Positions 36,094 to 45,607 are shown, counted from the stretch's first letter. The stretch: 64,000 nt of DNA from Rikenellaceae bacterium (GCA_017463585.1 JAFTOX010000007.1:35533-99532), one strand, 5' to 3'. The notes: generated from the sequence alone by a model not told the origin. A program made the numbers and translations.

Positions 36094-37440
36094 TTACTCC
36101 TCGACGACCTTCATATTCTCTTCGAGCAGATCCCACCAATCACGATTGACGATGTGAACCAGATCGAAGATCATCAGACCGCCCTCACAGCTCTTCATCA
36201 CCTGACGAACTGCCTTAGCAAACTGCTCAGCGTCCTGCTTATACTGATCAACATAGAGCGAACCTGCCACGGGAACAACGCCACAAGTGATCGCCTGAGC
36301 CAGCTCTGCGCCACCCTCAACCGAGTAGCAGTAGGTCAGATCGTTGGGATCCATACCCGACTCGCCACGCTCACCGATTATGCGACCCTGCGCTGCATCG
36401 ACCTCGTCTTTGGTTACGAGTGTATAGTAAAGACCCGTCATATAGATATCGAGCAGGTCGGCATAACCCGTCTTATAGTAGTTCTCCGAAGCCCAATCGG
36501 GATAGCGCTCCGAGGGGTCGTACTGCGTACTTGCCCAATTCACGCCCAGCTGGTAGTAAGTAGGATACCAAGCGCCCGTGTAGTCGCCAATCAAAATATC
36601 GGGATTCACAGCGTGGATCGCCTCGTGAGCCTCCTCAACAAACGACTTGATGACCGTTGCACGCCACTCGACCCACTCCTTGAAGTACTTCGAATGCTTC
36701 ATATTGCCGTCCTCCCAATAGATGATATCTTCGGGATACTTTTCGAGTTTCAAACCGCTCCACTCCTCGAACTGCTGACGCGAAAGCTCCGAGAAGTCCG
36801 AAGTGATGTTGTCGTAACGCAGACGGTCGAAGATGATACCATCGACATCGGGATAGCGTTCCGTGAACTCGACCAAGATATTCTTCTGGTACTCACGCAC
36901 CTCGGGATTCGAGGGGTTGAGCATACCGTTGTAGTTGGTCTTGATCTCGCTGATGGGCACCAACGAGCCGTCGGGACGATAGACAATCGACTGCCATTCG
37001 GGGTGCTCGTTGAAAATGATACCACGATTGAAGAAGATATGACCACCGGCAAAGATGTTGAGCGAGCCGTGAACGCGCATACCGCGCTTGTGGCCCTCGT
37101 CGATGAAGTGGCGCATCATATCGTACTCGCGCGGACGTACCGTACCCTCGAACTCACCCATATAGGGTGCATACTTACTGTCGTAGAGCGTCTCGCCCAT
37201 AATCGACTTAACATCGACTACGATGTCGGTAATGCCGATCGAGTGCATCTTCTCGGTGTAGTAAGCGATCGAGTCGAGCGTGCTCATACGCTCGAAGTTA
37301 GCCTCGCAATCGACCCACATATAGATCGGTTTCTGCTTAGCGGTCTGCTCAGCAGCGGGAGCGCAGCTGCCCATCGAGAAGAGCACAGCCACCACCGCCA
37401 TCAACTGTATAAAGATATTGTTCTTCATTATTGTTTGCAA
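36094..37440 (-). CDS. GHL10 (DUF4985-associated) glycoside hydrolase-like lipoprotein
   Basis: Lipobox MGSC; IYMWVDCEANF, VDGIIFDRLRYD, YYQLGVNWAS, IFDLVHI. Confidence 0.8.
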   Translation of the reverse strand: MQTIMKNNIFIQLMAVVAVLFSMGSCAPAAEQTAKQKPIYMWVDCEANFERMSTLDSIAYYTEKMHSIGITDIVVDVKSIMGETLYDSKYAPYMGEFEGTVRPREYDMMRHFIDEGHKRGMRVHGSLNIFAGGHIFFNRGIIFNEHPEWQSIVYRPDGSLVPISEIKTNYNGMLNPSNPEVREYQKNILVEFTERYPDVDGIIFDRLRYDNITSDFSELSRQQFEEWSGLKLEKYPEDIIYWEDGNMKHSKYFKEWVEWRATVIKSFVEEAHEAIHAVNPDILIGDYTGAWYPTYYQLGVNWASTQYDPSERYPDWASENYYKTGYADLLDIYMTGLYYTLVTKDEVDAAQGRIIGERGESGMDPNDLTYCYSVEGGAELAQAITCGVVPVAGSLYVDQYKQDAEQFAKAVRQVMKSCEGGLMIFDLVHIVNRDWWDLLEENMKVVEE

Positions 37441-37478
37441 TGCTTAGTTTCGTGTATACCTATATTTATATTATGTGG

Positions 37479-38756
37479 TTATTCGACCTCCGAAAGCACA
37501 ACTACGGTCGGCACTGCACGCTGGCTGCCGTCGCTCGGAGCGTTGCAAACCTGACCGTCGAAGCCAACGATAGCCGACGAACCACCACCATCGAGGTTGA
37601 TCGCGTAGTCCATACCTGCCTCCACGAACATATCAGCCAACTCGCTCAGAGTCATACCGTTCGAGCCATTCTGACCACGACCGTCGCAAACCACCAGCAT
37701 CACCTTGCCGTCCTTCGTACCGCCGATTGCCGTGCGGGGCTGACGCGAAGTACCTGCCGTACCTCCCGTGTGCATAATCTCGCGGTAGTAGTAATCCATC
37801 GCTACGTTCTTGCGCTTGTAGACCAACATCGGGCCACCGCCGATAGCCTGCTGAGCCTCCCAAAGGCTTGCACCTGTGGTCGATGCAGTCGGGGGTGCGG
37901 GCATATAGGTCTCGGTCAGCTCGTTGTTGTCGAGCGGCGAGAGGAACGAGTAGGGCTTCTTGTCGATGCAGTAGACCCAAGTAGCCTCGAACGAGCCATC
38001 AGCCATCTGACCGAACGCTGCACGCACGGGATAAGCCACGATCTGCTCGCCATTGACGGTCGGATAAGCCAACTCGGTTGCGATCGACTTCACCTCGCCA
38101 TCGCTAATGCAGAGGCTGAGCGAAGCGCCGTCCCAGAAGTAACCACCATTCGACACTGCGTAGGGAGTACCCTTGCCCAGAGCACCAAATGCCTCGAAAG
38201 CCGAGGTCGGAGTCTTGGCGGGGTCGAGGTGCGTCGGAGCAAAGCGGAGTTTCGGGTTAGCTTTGAGGTCTGCCACTGCGACGTAACCCTTCGCTACGCC
38301 ACCGTCCTCGAAGTTACGAGTGAAGGCCTCGAACTTCATCTTCTTGGGATAGTTCGATTCGGGGGCGTCGCTTGCGGTGATTACCGTTACGGGCACGCAC
38401 ACCGAGCCGTGCAGTTCGTCCTTCGCTGCGGCGATGAAGGTGTAAGCCGTTGCGGGATTCAGACCCTCGATCTTCACCTCGGCAACCTCCTCGGTGATGG
38501 GCGTACCCTCGGCAAATACCTGCTCGATTGTTTTGGTCAAAGTTTCGCCTTCGGTGTAGATATAAGCGCACTCGTCGGCGTAATACGTGTTGAAACGTAC
38601 AGTGATGAAGTCAGTACCCTTCTCGACCGGCGTAATGGTCACGGTCGGAGTTGTTTCGGGTGTCGGGAAGATATACTGCGGAGTGCTTCCCTTTTCGCAA
38701 CTGATACAGAGGCTGATAGCAGCCATCAACATCATCAAAACGGATAGTTTTTTCAT
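37479..38756 (-). CDS. Phosphodiester glycosidase (NAGPA-like) lipoprotein with N-terminal FN3-like domain
   Basis: NGGYF, AIGGGPML, QPRTAIG, VCDGRG, INLDGGGSS, QRAVPTVVV. Confidence 0.9.
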   Translation of the reverse strand: MKKLSVLMMLMAAISLCISCEKGSTPQYIFPTPETTPTVTITPVEKGTDFITVRFNTYYADECAYIYTEGETLTKTIEQVFAEGTPITEEVAEVKIEGLNPATAYTFIAAAKDELHGSVCVPVTVITASDAPESNYPKKMKFEAFTRNFEDGGVAKGYVAVADLKANPKLRFAPTHLDPAKTPTSAFEAFGALGKGTPYAVSNGGYFWDGASLSLCISDGEVKSIATELAYPTVNGEQIVAYPVRAAFGQMADGSFEATWVYCIDKKPYSFLSPLDNNELTETYMPAPPTASTTGASLWEAQQAIGGGPMLVYKRKNVAMDYYYREIMHTGGTAGTSRQPRTAIGGTKDGKVMLVVCDGRGQNGSNGMTLSELADMFVEAGMDYAINLDGGGSSAIVGFDGQVCNAPSDGSQRAVPTVVVLSEVE

Positions 38757-39004
38757 TTTATCGTGTTATTATAGTTATATTCTTGCGCTAAATTAAATAA
38801 AATTATTCATACTGCAAAGTTTTTAAATAAATTTTAAGAAGATAAAAATCACCGAAAAGCATATCAAGCTATTGTAGCTCAGCGAGTTAAGTGATTTTTG
38901 ACCTGATTTTTTGAAATAAAATATTTTTACGAACTACTTTTCTACCTCCCCGCGTTGTCGTTTTTACCCCCAAAATGGACGAAAAACCGCGCCGAGAACA
39001 ACAC

Positions 39005-39033
39005 AAAAAAAGCCGCCCACGTGGGACGGCTTT
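39005..39033 (-). terminator. Probable terminator after the AmpG-like MFS gene
   Basis: Imperfect AAAGCCG...CGGCTTT hairpin with an A-run on + (U-run on -). Confidence 0.55.
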
Positions 39034-39061
39034 CTCGGTTTAACATATGATTTTTAGCCCG

Positions 39062-40339
39062 TTACTTATCCTCCTGCGGATCTGGATAGGTGAAGGGCAG
39101 GAACCACGTCAGCACGAACGCGGGGATTGCGCTCACCAGCGCCCACAAGAAGAACTTCTCGTAGCCGATTGCGTCGCTGATCACACCCGAAATCATACCC
39201 GGCAACATCACGCCAAGGTTAGCCAGCGCCGAGCCGAAAGCGTAGTGAGCCATCTGATGTTTGCCCGGTGCAACCTGCTGCATAATGAACAGCGTAAGTC
39301 CCACAAAACCAAATCCGTAGCTAAAATACTCGAACACGATTGCGCCACAAACCAGCAGTGCGCTATCGGGCTGATACAGAGCCAGCAGAGCATAGACCAC
39401 GAACGGAATATTGAAGATACAGCAGAGCGGGAAAATCGCCTTTTTCAGACCTCGCCACGAGATGAAATAGCCGCCCAAAATCGAGCCGATGATGAACGCC
39501 ACAACGCCAAACGTACCGTAGTAAAGTCCAATTTCGTCCTTGGTCAAGCCCAAGCCCTGCACCGCCGTATCGGCCTTCAAGAAGAGGGGTACAATCTTGA
39601 TTACCAGACCCTCAGTGAAACGGTAGAAGACGATCCACGCGATGTAGATCCAGATGTATTTCTTCTGGAAGAACTGAGCGATTACACCCCACGTTTCGCG
39701 CATCGTTTCGCCGAACGAGCTGTGCTTGGTTGCCTCAGCGCCACCCGTAGGCAGAATGCGCCAATGGTAAAGACCTAACACAATGAGCAGCAGACCACAA
39801 AGCAACATAATAATCACCCACGCATAGAGCACGCCGAGGCTATCTTCGAGCACGCCTGCGAGGTAGACCAGACCACCCATTGCGGTCACCTTAGCCAAGT
39901 TGTAGAATGCACCCTGCCAGCCCACAAACTGAGCCTGCTGGGTCTTGTCCAGCTCGGTGATATAGACGCCATCGAGGGCGATATCGTGCGTCGCGCCACT
40001 GAACGCCAGCACCGTCATAATCGCCACAACATAGGGGAAGAAGTTGGGCAGCGGCAGAGCCATCGCAATGAGTGCCAGCGAGATACCCGATACCAGCTGA
40101 GTGGTCACAACAAAGAATTTCTTGGTGCGATACATCTCCATCAGAGGGCTCCAAAACGGTTTGAGCGACCACGGGAGAATCAGCAACGAGGTCCAAAAGG
40201 CTACCTGAGCGTCCGAAATGCCGAAGTCGTTGAACATCAGCGGCGCAACCAGATTGATCAAGATCAGTGGCAGACCCATCGCAAAGTAGGCCGACGGAAC
40301 CCACCACAGAGGTGATTTTTTGATTTGAGTTTGTTCCAT
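39062..40339 (-). CDS. AmpG-like MFS transporter
   Basis: WVPSAYFAMGLP, LPWSLKPFWSP, SGATHDIALDG, GMISGVISDAIGY. Confidence 0.88.
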   Translation of the reverse strand: MEQTQIKKSPLWWVPSAYFAMGLPLILINLVAPLMFNDFGISDAQVAFWTSLLILPWSLKPFWSPLMEMYRTKKFFVVTTQLVSGISLALIAMALPLPNFFPYVVAIMTVLAFSGATHDIALDGVYITELDKTQQAQFVGWQGAFYNLAKVTAMGGLVYLAGVLEDSLGVLYAWVIIMLLCGLLLIVLGLYHWRILPTGGAEATKHSSFGETMRETWGVIAQFFQKKYIWIYIAWIVFYRFTEGLVIKIVPLFLKADTAVQGLGLTKDEIGLYYGTFGVVAFIIGSILGGYFISWRGLKKAIFPLCCIFNIPFVVYALLALYQPDSALLVCGAIVFEYFSYGFGFVGLTLFIMQQVAPGKHQMAHYAFGSALANLGVMLPGMISGVISDAIGYEKFFLWALVSAIPAFVLTWFLPFTYPDPQEDK

Positions 40340-40442
40340 TTTTGTATTGTTTTTTGAATTTAATTCCTATCGTTTTTCGACCGAATTTTTCGCAAAATTC
40401 AGAGCATTTTTAAGGCTTTTTCGGGTACTTTTTCGGGCAAAA

Positions 40443-41660
40443 TTAGAGTCCCAACATCTTGTTTCGGGTGATGGCGCAAATGCCCACCAAACCTGCCGTT
40501 TCGCCCAGTTTCGACACCTTGATCGCTGTATCCTTCGACACGAAATTCAGCGCATATTTATTGATCGCACTCTTGATCGGCAGCAGCAGGTAATCCTTTG
40601 CCTCACAGAGTGTTCCGCCCAACACAACCATCTCAGGATTGAACATATTGATCAGTCCCGCAATGGCTCGTCCGAGCGACGATCCGATCTGCTCCATCAC
40701 CTCGATTGCCAGCATATCCTCCTTGGCCAAAACGTCCAAAATATCGTCCAACGTTATCTGCTTTCCGCTCTCGAATTGTTTGGACAACATCGAGATATTT
40801 CCCTGCTTCAATTTCTCGATAAATTGACGATGTGCAGCCCATCCCGACACCTCGGTTTCGAGGCAGCCGCGCTTGCCGCACGAACAGATGATTTCGTTAT
40901 CGAAAAATGGGAAGTGACCATACTCGCCCGAGAAGCCCGACTTACCGTAGTGGAGCTGCCCGCCGATGATCATTCCGATACCGAATCCCCAACTCAAATT
41001 GAGGAAAATCATATTCTGTTCGCCATTGCCAATGCCGTAGACATACTCGCCGTAAGTCATTGCACGCGAATCGTTTTCGATGTAAACACGGCACCCCAAT
41101 CGCTCTTCGAGCACCGTCGTCAGCGGCTTTTCGTCGAAGAAGAAATATGAGTACGAATAGCCCGTTTCGGGATTGACACGACCCGACAAATTGATACCGA
41201 TCGCCAGCAATTTTTCACGACGAATGCGCGACGTGGCGATGAATTGCGAGATCAGATTGCACAGTTCGTCGAACGACTGACGGGTGTTCACGATATGAAA
41301 ATCGTACTGACGCGAGATGACCATATCTCCACGAAAGTTAATGATACCCAATACGATAACATCGCGCTTGATATCGACACCCATAAAATAACCCGCCGAG
41401 GGATTGACGCCATAGATACTCGGACGGCGACCACCCGTAGCGCCCTGCTTGCCGAGGTTGATGACCAGATCTTCGTCAATCAGTTCGCCCACGATTTTGG
41501 TGAGTGTCGGCACGCTCAGCCCAAGGTCGCGACTCAAATCGGCAATACTCTCGCCGCCATTAAACATATAACGGCGCAAGATTTCGCGTTTGAGCTGCGC
41601 CGATTTTTTCCCGCTGGTCAGGGCTTCCATTGAGATCTGCTTTACCATATCCGTTTGCAT
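40443..41660 (-). CDS. ROK-family transcriptional repressor (NagC/XylR/NanR-like)
   Basis: N-terminal HTH (SIADLSRDLGLSVPTLTKIV), GGRRP, YIENDSRA, GFSGEYGH, CSCGKRGCLE; the TAACTTTG -7 box at 41714-41721 puts the start at 41660 or 41648, not 41726. Confidence 0.93.
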   Translation of the reverse strand: MQTDMVKQISMEALTSGKKSAQLKREILRRYMFNGGESIADLSRDLGLSVPTLTKIVGELIDEDLVINLGKQGATGGRRPSIYGVNPSAGYFMGVDIKRDVIVLGIINFRGDMVISRQYDFHIVNTRQSFDELCNLISQFIATSRIRREKLLAIGINLSGRVNPETGYSYSYFFFDEKPLTTVLEERLGCRVYIENDSRAMTYGEYVYGIGNGEQNMIFLNLSWGFGIGMIIGGQLHYGKSGFSGEYGHFPFFDNEIICSCGKRGCLETEVSGWAAHRQFIEKLKQGNISMLSKQFESGKQITLDDILDVLAKEDMLAIEVMEQIGSSLGRAIAGLINMFNPEMVVLGGTLCEAKDYLLLPIKSAINKYALNFVSKDTAIKVSKLGETAGLVGICAITRNKMLGL

Positions 41661-41978
41661 TGAAATCGAACAAAGAGATCCACAACGTGTCGGTTTACTC
41701 TCCGCTCTTGACGCAAAGTTAATCAAAAATCGTAGAAATCACAAAATTCGACCCCATTTCACAACCCCAAAGTGGGTTTTCGGTAAACATTCTAAACTTT
41801 TTTAGCAAGATTCTGCATTTGGGCAAAATATTTTCATTGAAATTTTGCAAATCCGATATAATTTTTATTATCTTTGCTCACGTAAAGTATTATGTCCGCA
41901 CGAGTCCTGCTCGGCGTGGCTGATACCTATATTATATTTAATGCGAAAATACCTAAACAATTATTAAACTTTCACACT

Positions 41979-44153
41979 ATGAAAAAATTATTCTTAATGA
42001 TTGCTGGCGTTAGCCTGCTGTTCACTGCGTGTGAGTTCGATCCTTCGGACCTCAACAACCGAATCGACGACCTCGAAAACCGCGTGAAAGAGCTCGAAGA
42101 GACTGTCGCCACTCTCAACCAAGACATCGCTGGTGCGCAGACCCTGGTCAACGCATTGCAGAACAATGTCTACGTATCGAAGATCGTCAAGGGCGAGACC
42201 GGTTACGAGGTTTACTTCACCAACGGCGAGAAGATCGAAATCGCTGACGGTAAGGCCGGTGAGGCTGGTAAGGACGGTGTAACCGTAACCGTTATGCTCG
42301 ACGAAGAGGACGGCCAGTACTACTGGGCTATCACTCAGGACGGCGTGAGCACCTTTATCGAGGTTGACGGCAAGCGTCTGCCCGTGAAGGGTGAGAAGGG
42401 TAACACCCCGCTGATGCGCGTTGTAATGGAAGGCGAGACCGGTTACTGGGAGGTTAGCTACGACAACGGTGAGAATTGGGAGCGCGTTCTGCTGCCCGAC
42501 GGTACCCCCGTTACCACTTCGGGTGGCGCTGGTGGTCTGTTCAAAGACGCTTACGTTGACGAGGACACCAACACCGCTGTATTCGTATTCCTCAATGGCG
42601 AGAAGATCGAGATCGAGCTGCGTAGCGACCTCTATATCAACTTCAAGGGCGAGGCTGTTGAGTCGGCAGACTTCCGCTACGGCGAGACTCTGACCTTCGA
42701 GATGGAGGCTGTCGGCGTGAAGAAGGCTATCGTTACTACCCCCGACGAGTGGAAGGCTTCGTTCGATAAGGAGACCGCAGTTTGGTCGATCACCGCTCCT
42801 TCGATCGAGCACGCTATGTGCGCTGATCTCGAAGGCGAGGTTGCTCTGATCTACTTCGGCGAGGAGAACCAGAGCTCGGTTATCACGATGAACGTTTCGA
42901 TCGGCGAGTACGTAAGCATCGAGGAGGCTGATATGGTTATCGAGGCTGTTGCTGAGGAGGCTACCTACGAGGTTCCCTACGCTGCTGACGGCACTGTAAC
43001 CGTTATGCCCGTTGACGCTTGGATCTCGGGTACCGTTGCTGACGGTATCGCTTCGATCAAGGTTGCCGCAAACTCTGGCGCAGAGCGTACAGGTACCATC
43101 AAGCTCGTAGCTAAGAGCAACGAGGTTGTGATCACCGTAAATCAGGAGAATGGCGTTGAGTTGCAGCCCTACGGCTACCGCCCTGGCTCGGAGACCGTTC
43201 AGTTCGCTAAGCCTCTGTCGGAGATTACCGGCTTGACCGCTGCTCCTTCTGACCACGTTACTATCGCAGCAACTCAGGACTATGTAATCGTTAACCAGCC
43301 CAGTGTTGCTCCCATTGTACTCGACGCACTGACTGGCGAGTATGTAGGCACGCTGAACGTTGGCGACCTGACCGTTAGCGCAATAACTGCTGACGACGCT
43401 AACAACATCGTCCTCAGCACCTACGGCGAGGGTGGCTTGCGTGTTGCACGTATGAAGAATATCACCGATACTCCCGAGGTATTCATCACTCACGCAACGA
43501 CTGAGTACGGTAAGACCTTCTCGGTTGTTGGTAATGTTTATGACGATGCTATTGTAACTATGATGTACGCTCCTTGGTCGAGCGGTACTACCGGTCACTT
43601 CCGTTTCTTTGTAACCGACGGCGTTGCAGACGTTAGTGCTCCTTGGTCGAACATCAGCGCAGGCGATGTTACCGCTAAGATCGACAACAACGACGGTGAC
43701 GTTATCTTCCGCGACGTTGACGCTAACGGTCCCTACTTTATGGCAGGTTACTCGGGCGACGTATTCGTATGGGCAGAAGGTGGCGTAGCTAAGGACGCTC
43801 AGACCGCAATCGCTAACCCCGGCGACAGCTGGATGGTTGGTACCGTATGCTTGGACGTTGAGAAGTTCAACGGTGCATACTACCTGATGGGCGCTGCCGA
43901 TACCTATTTCACCTATGGTTACTCGAATGTTGCAATCATCGACGCTACCACTCCTGAGACCTTCGCACAGGGTGCTCAGTTCTACACTACCAGCGATTGG
44001 GGCTGGTCGAGTATGAACGCTGGTGGTGGTAACACCGACTGCGCAATGCAGGTATCGAAGGACGGTGTTTATATGTACGTATACGCTATCTACGCAGGCG
44101 GCTCGCTCGGTTGCGTACGCATTGACTGTCTGTTGAACGCTCCCGCAGAGTAA
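41979..44153 (+). CDS. Surface lipoprotein: PL29-N/DUF4988-like stalk + BACON-like domain + C-terminal domain homologous to the PUL DUF5018-like protein
   Basis: Lipobox FTAC; coiled coil LNNRIDDLENRVKELEE; DGKAGEAGKDG; canonical promoter TTTG(41844)-N21-TATCTTTG(41869); C-terminal MYVYAIYAGGSLGCVRIDC. Confidence 0.78.
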   Translation: MKKLFLMIAGVSLLFTACEFDPSDLNNRIDDLENRVKELEETVATLNQDIAGAQTLVNALQNNVYVSKIVKGETGYEVYFTNGEKIEIADGKAGEAGKDGVTVTVMLDEEDGQYYWAITQDGVSTFIEVDGKRLPVKGEKGNTPLMRVVMEGETGYWEVSYDNGENWERVLLPDGTPVTTSGGAGGLFKDAYVDEDTNTAVFVFLNGEKIEIELRSDLYINFKGEAVESADFRYGETLTFEMEAVGVKKAIVTTPDEWKASFDKETAVWSITAPSIEHAMCADLEGEVALIYFGEENQSSVITMNVSIGEYVSIEEADMVIEAVAEEATYEVPYAADGTVTVMPVDAWISGTVADGIASIKVAANSGAERTGTIKLVAKSNEVVITVNQENGVELQPYGYRPGSETVQFAKPLSEITGLTAAPSDHVTIAATQDYVIVNQPSVAPIVLDALTGEYVGTLNVGDLTVSAITADDANNIVLSTYGEGGLRVARMKNITDTPEVFITHATTEYGKTFSVVGNVYDDAIVTMMYAPWSSGTTGHFRFFVTDGVADVSAPWSNISAGDVTAKIDNNDGDVIFRDVDANGPYFMAGYSGDVFVWAEGGVAKDAQTAIANPGDSWMVGTVCLDVEKFNGAYYLMGAADTYFTYGYSNVAIIDATTPETFAQGAQFYTTSDWGWSSMNAGGGNTDCAMQVSKDGVYMYVYAIYAGGSLGCVRIDCLLNAPAE

Positions 44154-44176
44154 TTCAATCGACACTCCAATAAGGC

Positions 44177-44205
44177 AAAAGCCACCTCGCTCTGAGGTGG
44201 CTTTT
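44177..44205 (+). terminator. Intrinsic terminator
   Basis: AAAAGCCACCTC-GCTCT-GAGGTGGCTTTT. Confidence 0.85.
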
Positions 44206-44348
44206 GTTGTTGAGCGGGAGGGCGACGGACAACGGGTCTAATTGTCCGACAACCAAACAAAGAAAGCGGCTACGAGAGTTCGTAACCGCTTCCCTTTTGC
44301 AACGCGCAAAGGTCTAATTCATACTCCATTAAACCTCGCACCAAAATG

Positions 44349-44422
44349 TGGACCCAGAGGGGCATGATCCCACGACCTTCGGATTATGAGTCCGCTGCTC
44401 TAACCGACTGAGCTATGGGTCC
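44349..44422 (-). tRNA. tRNA with CAU anticodon, probably tRNA-Ile2 (lysidine-modified); CCA not encoded
   Basis: GGACCCA TA GCTC AGTCGGTTA GAGC A GCGGA CTCATAA TCCGA AGGTC GTGGG ATCATGC CCCTC TGGGTCC A. C4-G69/C5-G68 pairs are TilS-type determinants; G1-C72 excludes the initiator tRNA. Confidence 0.88.
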
Positions 44423-44632
44423 ATTTCGCTATTTGCGTTTGCAAAAATACGCTAATTTACCATAACTTGCAAAATTAATCCCCGATTTATTTTCGTTTAA
44501 CGTTTTATTTTGTTAATTTCGCAAATGAGATTGAGATGGTAGGCAGACACTGCAAGTTCGCAAGCAAAAGCTCAAACCTCTAAAACTCACCGCTTTAACT
44601 TTGCAAATAACTAAAAAACAAGAAACGTAACT

Positions 44633-45109
44633 ATGAAGAAATTTCTGCTTTTGATCGCTGCCGTAATGGTGACCTCGGTGGCTTCGGCACAGTATTATGA
44701 TTGGGCTATCGGTGTTCGCGGTGGCTGGGACGCAACCTCGTTGTCGGTTAAGCGTGTGTTCAACAATGGCAACGCTGCTGAGGCGTTGGTGGGTTGGAGC
44801 TACTCAAAGCACGGTAGCGGTTTCAACTTCACGGGTCTGTATGAGTGGAACGTGCCCATCATCGGCAACGGTTTCAACCTCTACTATGGTGCGGGTGCGC
44901 ACGTGGGCGGTTGGACCTACAAGGCGGGTCACGACGAAGGCAAGAAGAGCGGTTTCAACCTCGGTTTGGACGCAATCGTAGGCTTGGAATACTCGTTGAA
45001 GGTGGCTCCGTTGGCATTCTCGATCGACTGGAAACCCCGCCTGGACTTCCTGCCCTCGACCGAATTTGTTGCAACCAGCTTGGCTTTGGGTGTTAAATTT
45101 ACATTCTAA
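44633..45109 (+). CDS. Small outer-membrane beta-barrel protein
   Basis: Signal peptide ending ASA-QY; alternating aromatic strands; C-terminal LGVKFTF. Confidence 0.82.
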   Translation: MKKFLLLIAAVMVTSVASAQYYDWAIGVRGGWDATSLSVKRVFNNGNAAEALVGWSYSKHGSGFNFTGLYEWNVPIIGNGFNLYYGAGAHVGGWTYKAGHDEGKKSGFNLGLDAIVGLEYSLKVAPLAFSIDWKPRLDFLPSTEFVATSLALGVKFTF

Positions 45110-45120
45110 AATAGTTAACT

Positions 45121-45444
45121 ATGGAAGAGAAGAAGATGAACCTCGAAGAGAAGATCGAGAATCTGGGCGACAAGGTTGAAGTTGCTTACGAGAAGATCGA
45201 AGATAAGGTGCAGGCGACCTACTACAAGGTTGAAGGCGCAGTTGTAGATGCATACAAAAACATTGAGAGCAACGTCGTTGAGACCTACGAGAAGATCGAG
45301 GATAAGGCTGAGGCTTTGCTTGATAAGTTCGAAGATAAGGCTGAGGATTGGAAAGAGAAGGCCGAGGACTTGAAGGATCAACTCGAAGATAAAGTCGAGG
45401 AGTTGAAGGATAAGTTGGAGGACAAATTCAAGAAGGAGGAGTAG
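45121..45444 (+). CDS. Small acidic protein made of 11-residue amphipathic repeats
   Basis: AYEKIEDKVQA / TYYKVEGAVVD / AYKNIESNVVE / TYEKIEDKAEA; strong host codon bias. Confidence 0.8.
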   Translation: MEEKKMNLEEKIENLGDKVEVAYEKIEDKVQATYYKVEGAVVDAYKNIESNVVETYEKIEDKAEALLDKFEDKAEDWKEKAEDLKDQLEDKVEELKDKLEDKFKKEE

Positions 45445-45537
45445 CTTCGGCGACCCCACTCAGACTTGACACTAAGTGCGCTAATGGCTGAAAATGAGCC
45501 AAAAGTTGCGAAAAAAGTGAAAAAAGAGGCGTAAAAG

Positions 45538-45568
45538 TTTGCGCCTCATTTTTTTTGTCGTATCTTTG
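45538..45568 (+). promoter_or_regulatory. Canonical Bacteroidota promoter for rpmE2
   Basis: TTTG(45538-45541)-N19-TATCTTTG(45561-45568). Confidence 0.8.
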
Positions 45569-45607
45569 CCCCACTTTATTACGTAATAAACTAACAAAAA
45601 GACGAAA

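Noticed and set aside
38855-38905. TAACTCGCTGA-like motif (minus strand) resembling recombinase-associated palindromes of Bacteroidota
   Set aside because: Only a half-site; no matching partner or recombinase nearby.
38757-39000. ROK operator upstream of the PUL and in 41730-41975
   Set aside because: Both regions are AT-rich, but no shared palindrome could be identified reliably by eye; needs motif discovery.
41646-41660. The ROK regulator and the P-type ATPase (56573-56587) both start MQTDM
   Set aside because: Only five codons, with synonymous differences and unrelated flanks; treated as coincidence.
44160-44422. tRNA as integration site (attL/attR) for the PUL
   Set aside because: No duplicate of the tRNA 3' end was noticed elsewhere in the window, and there is no integrase.
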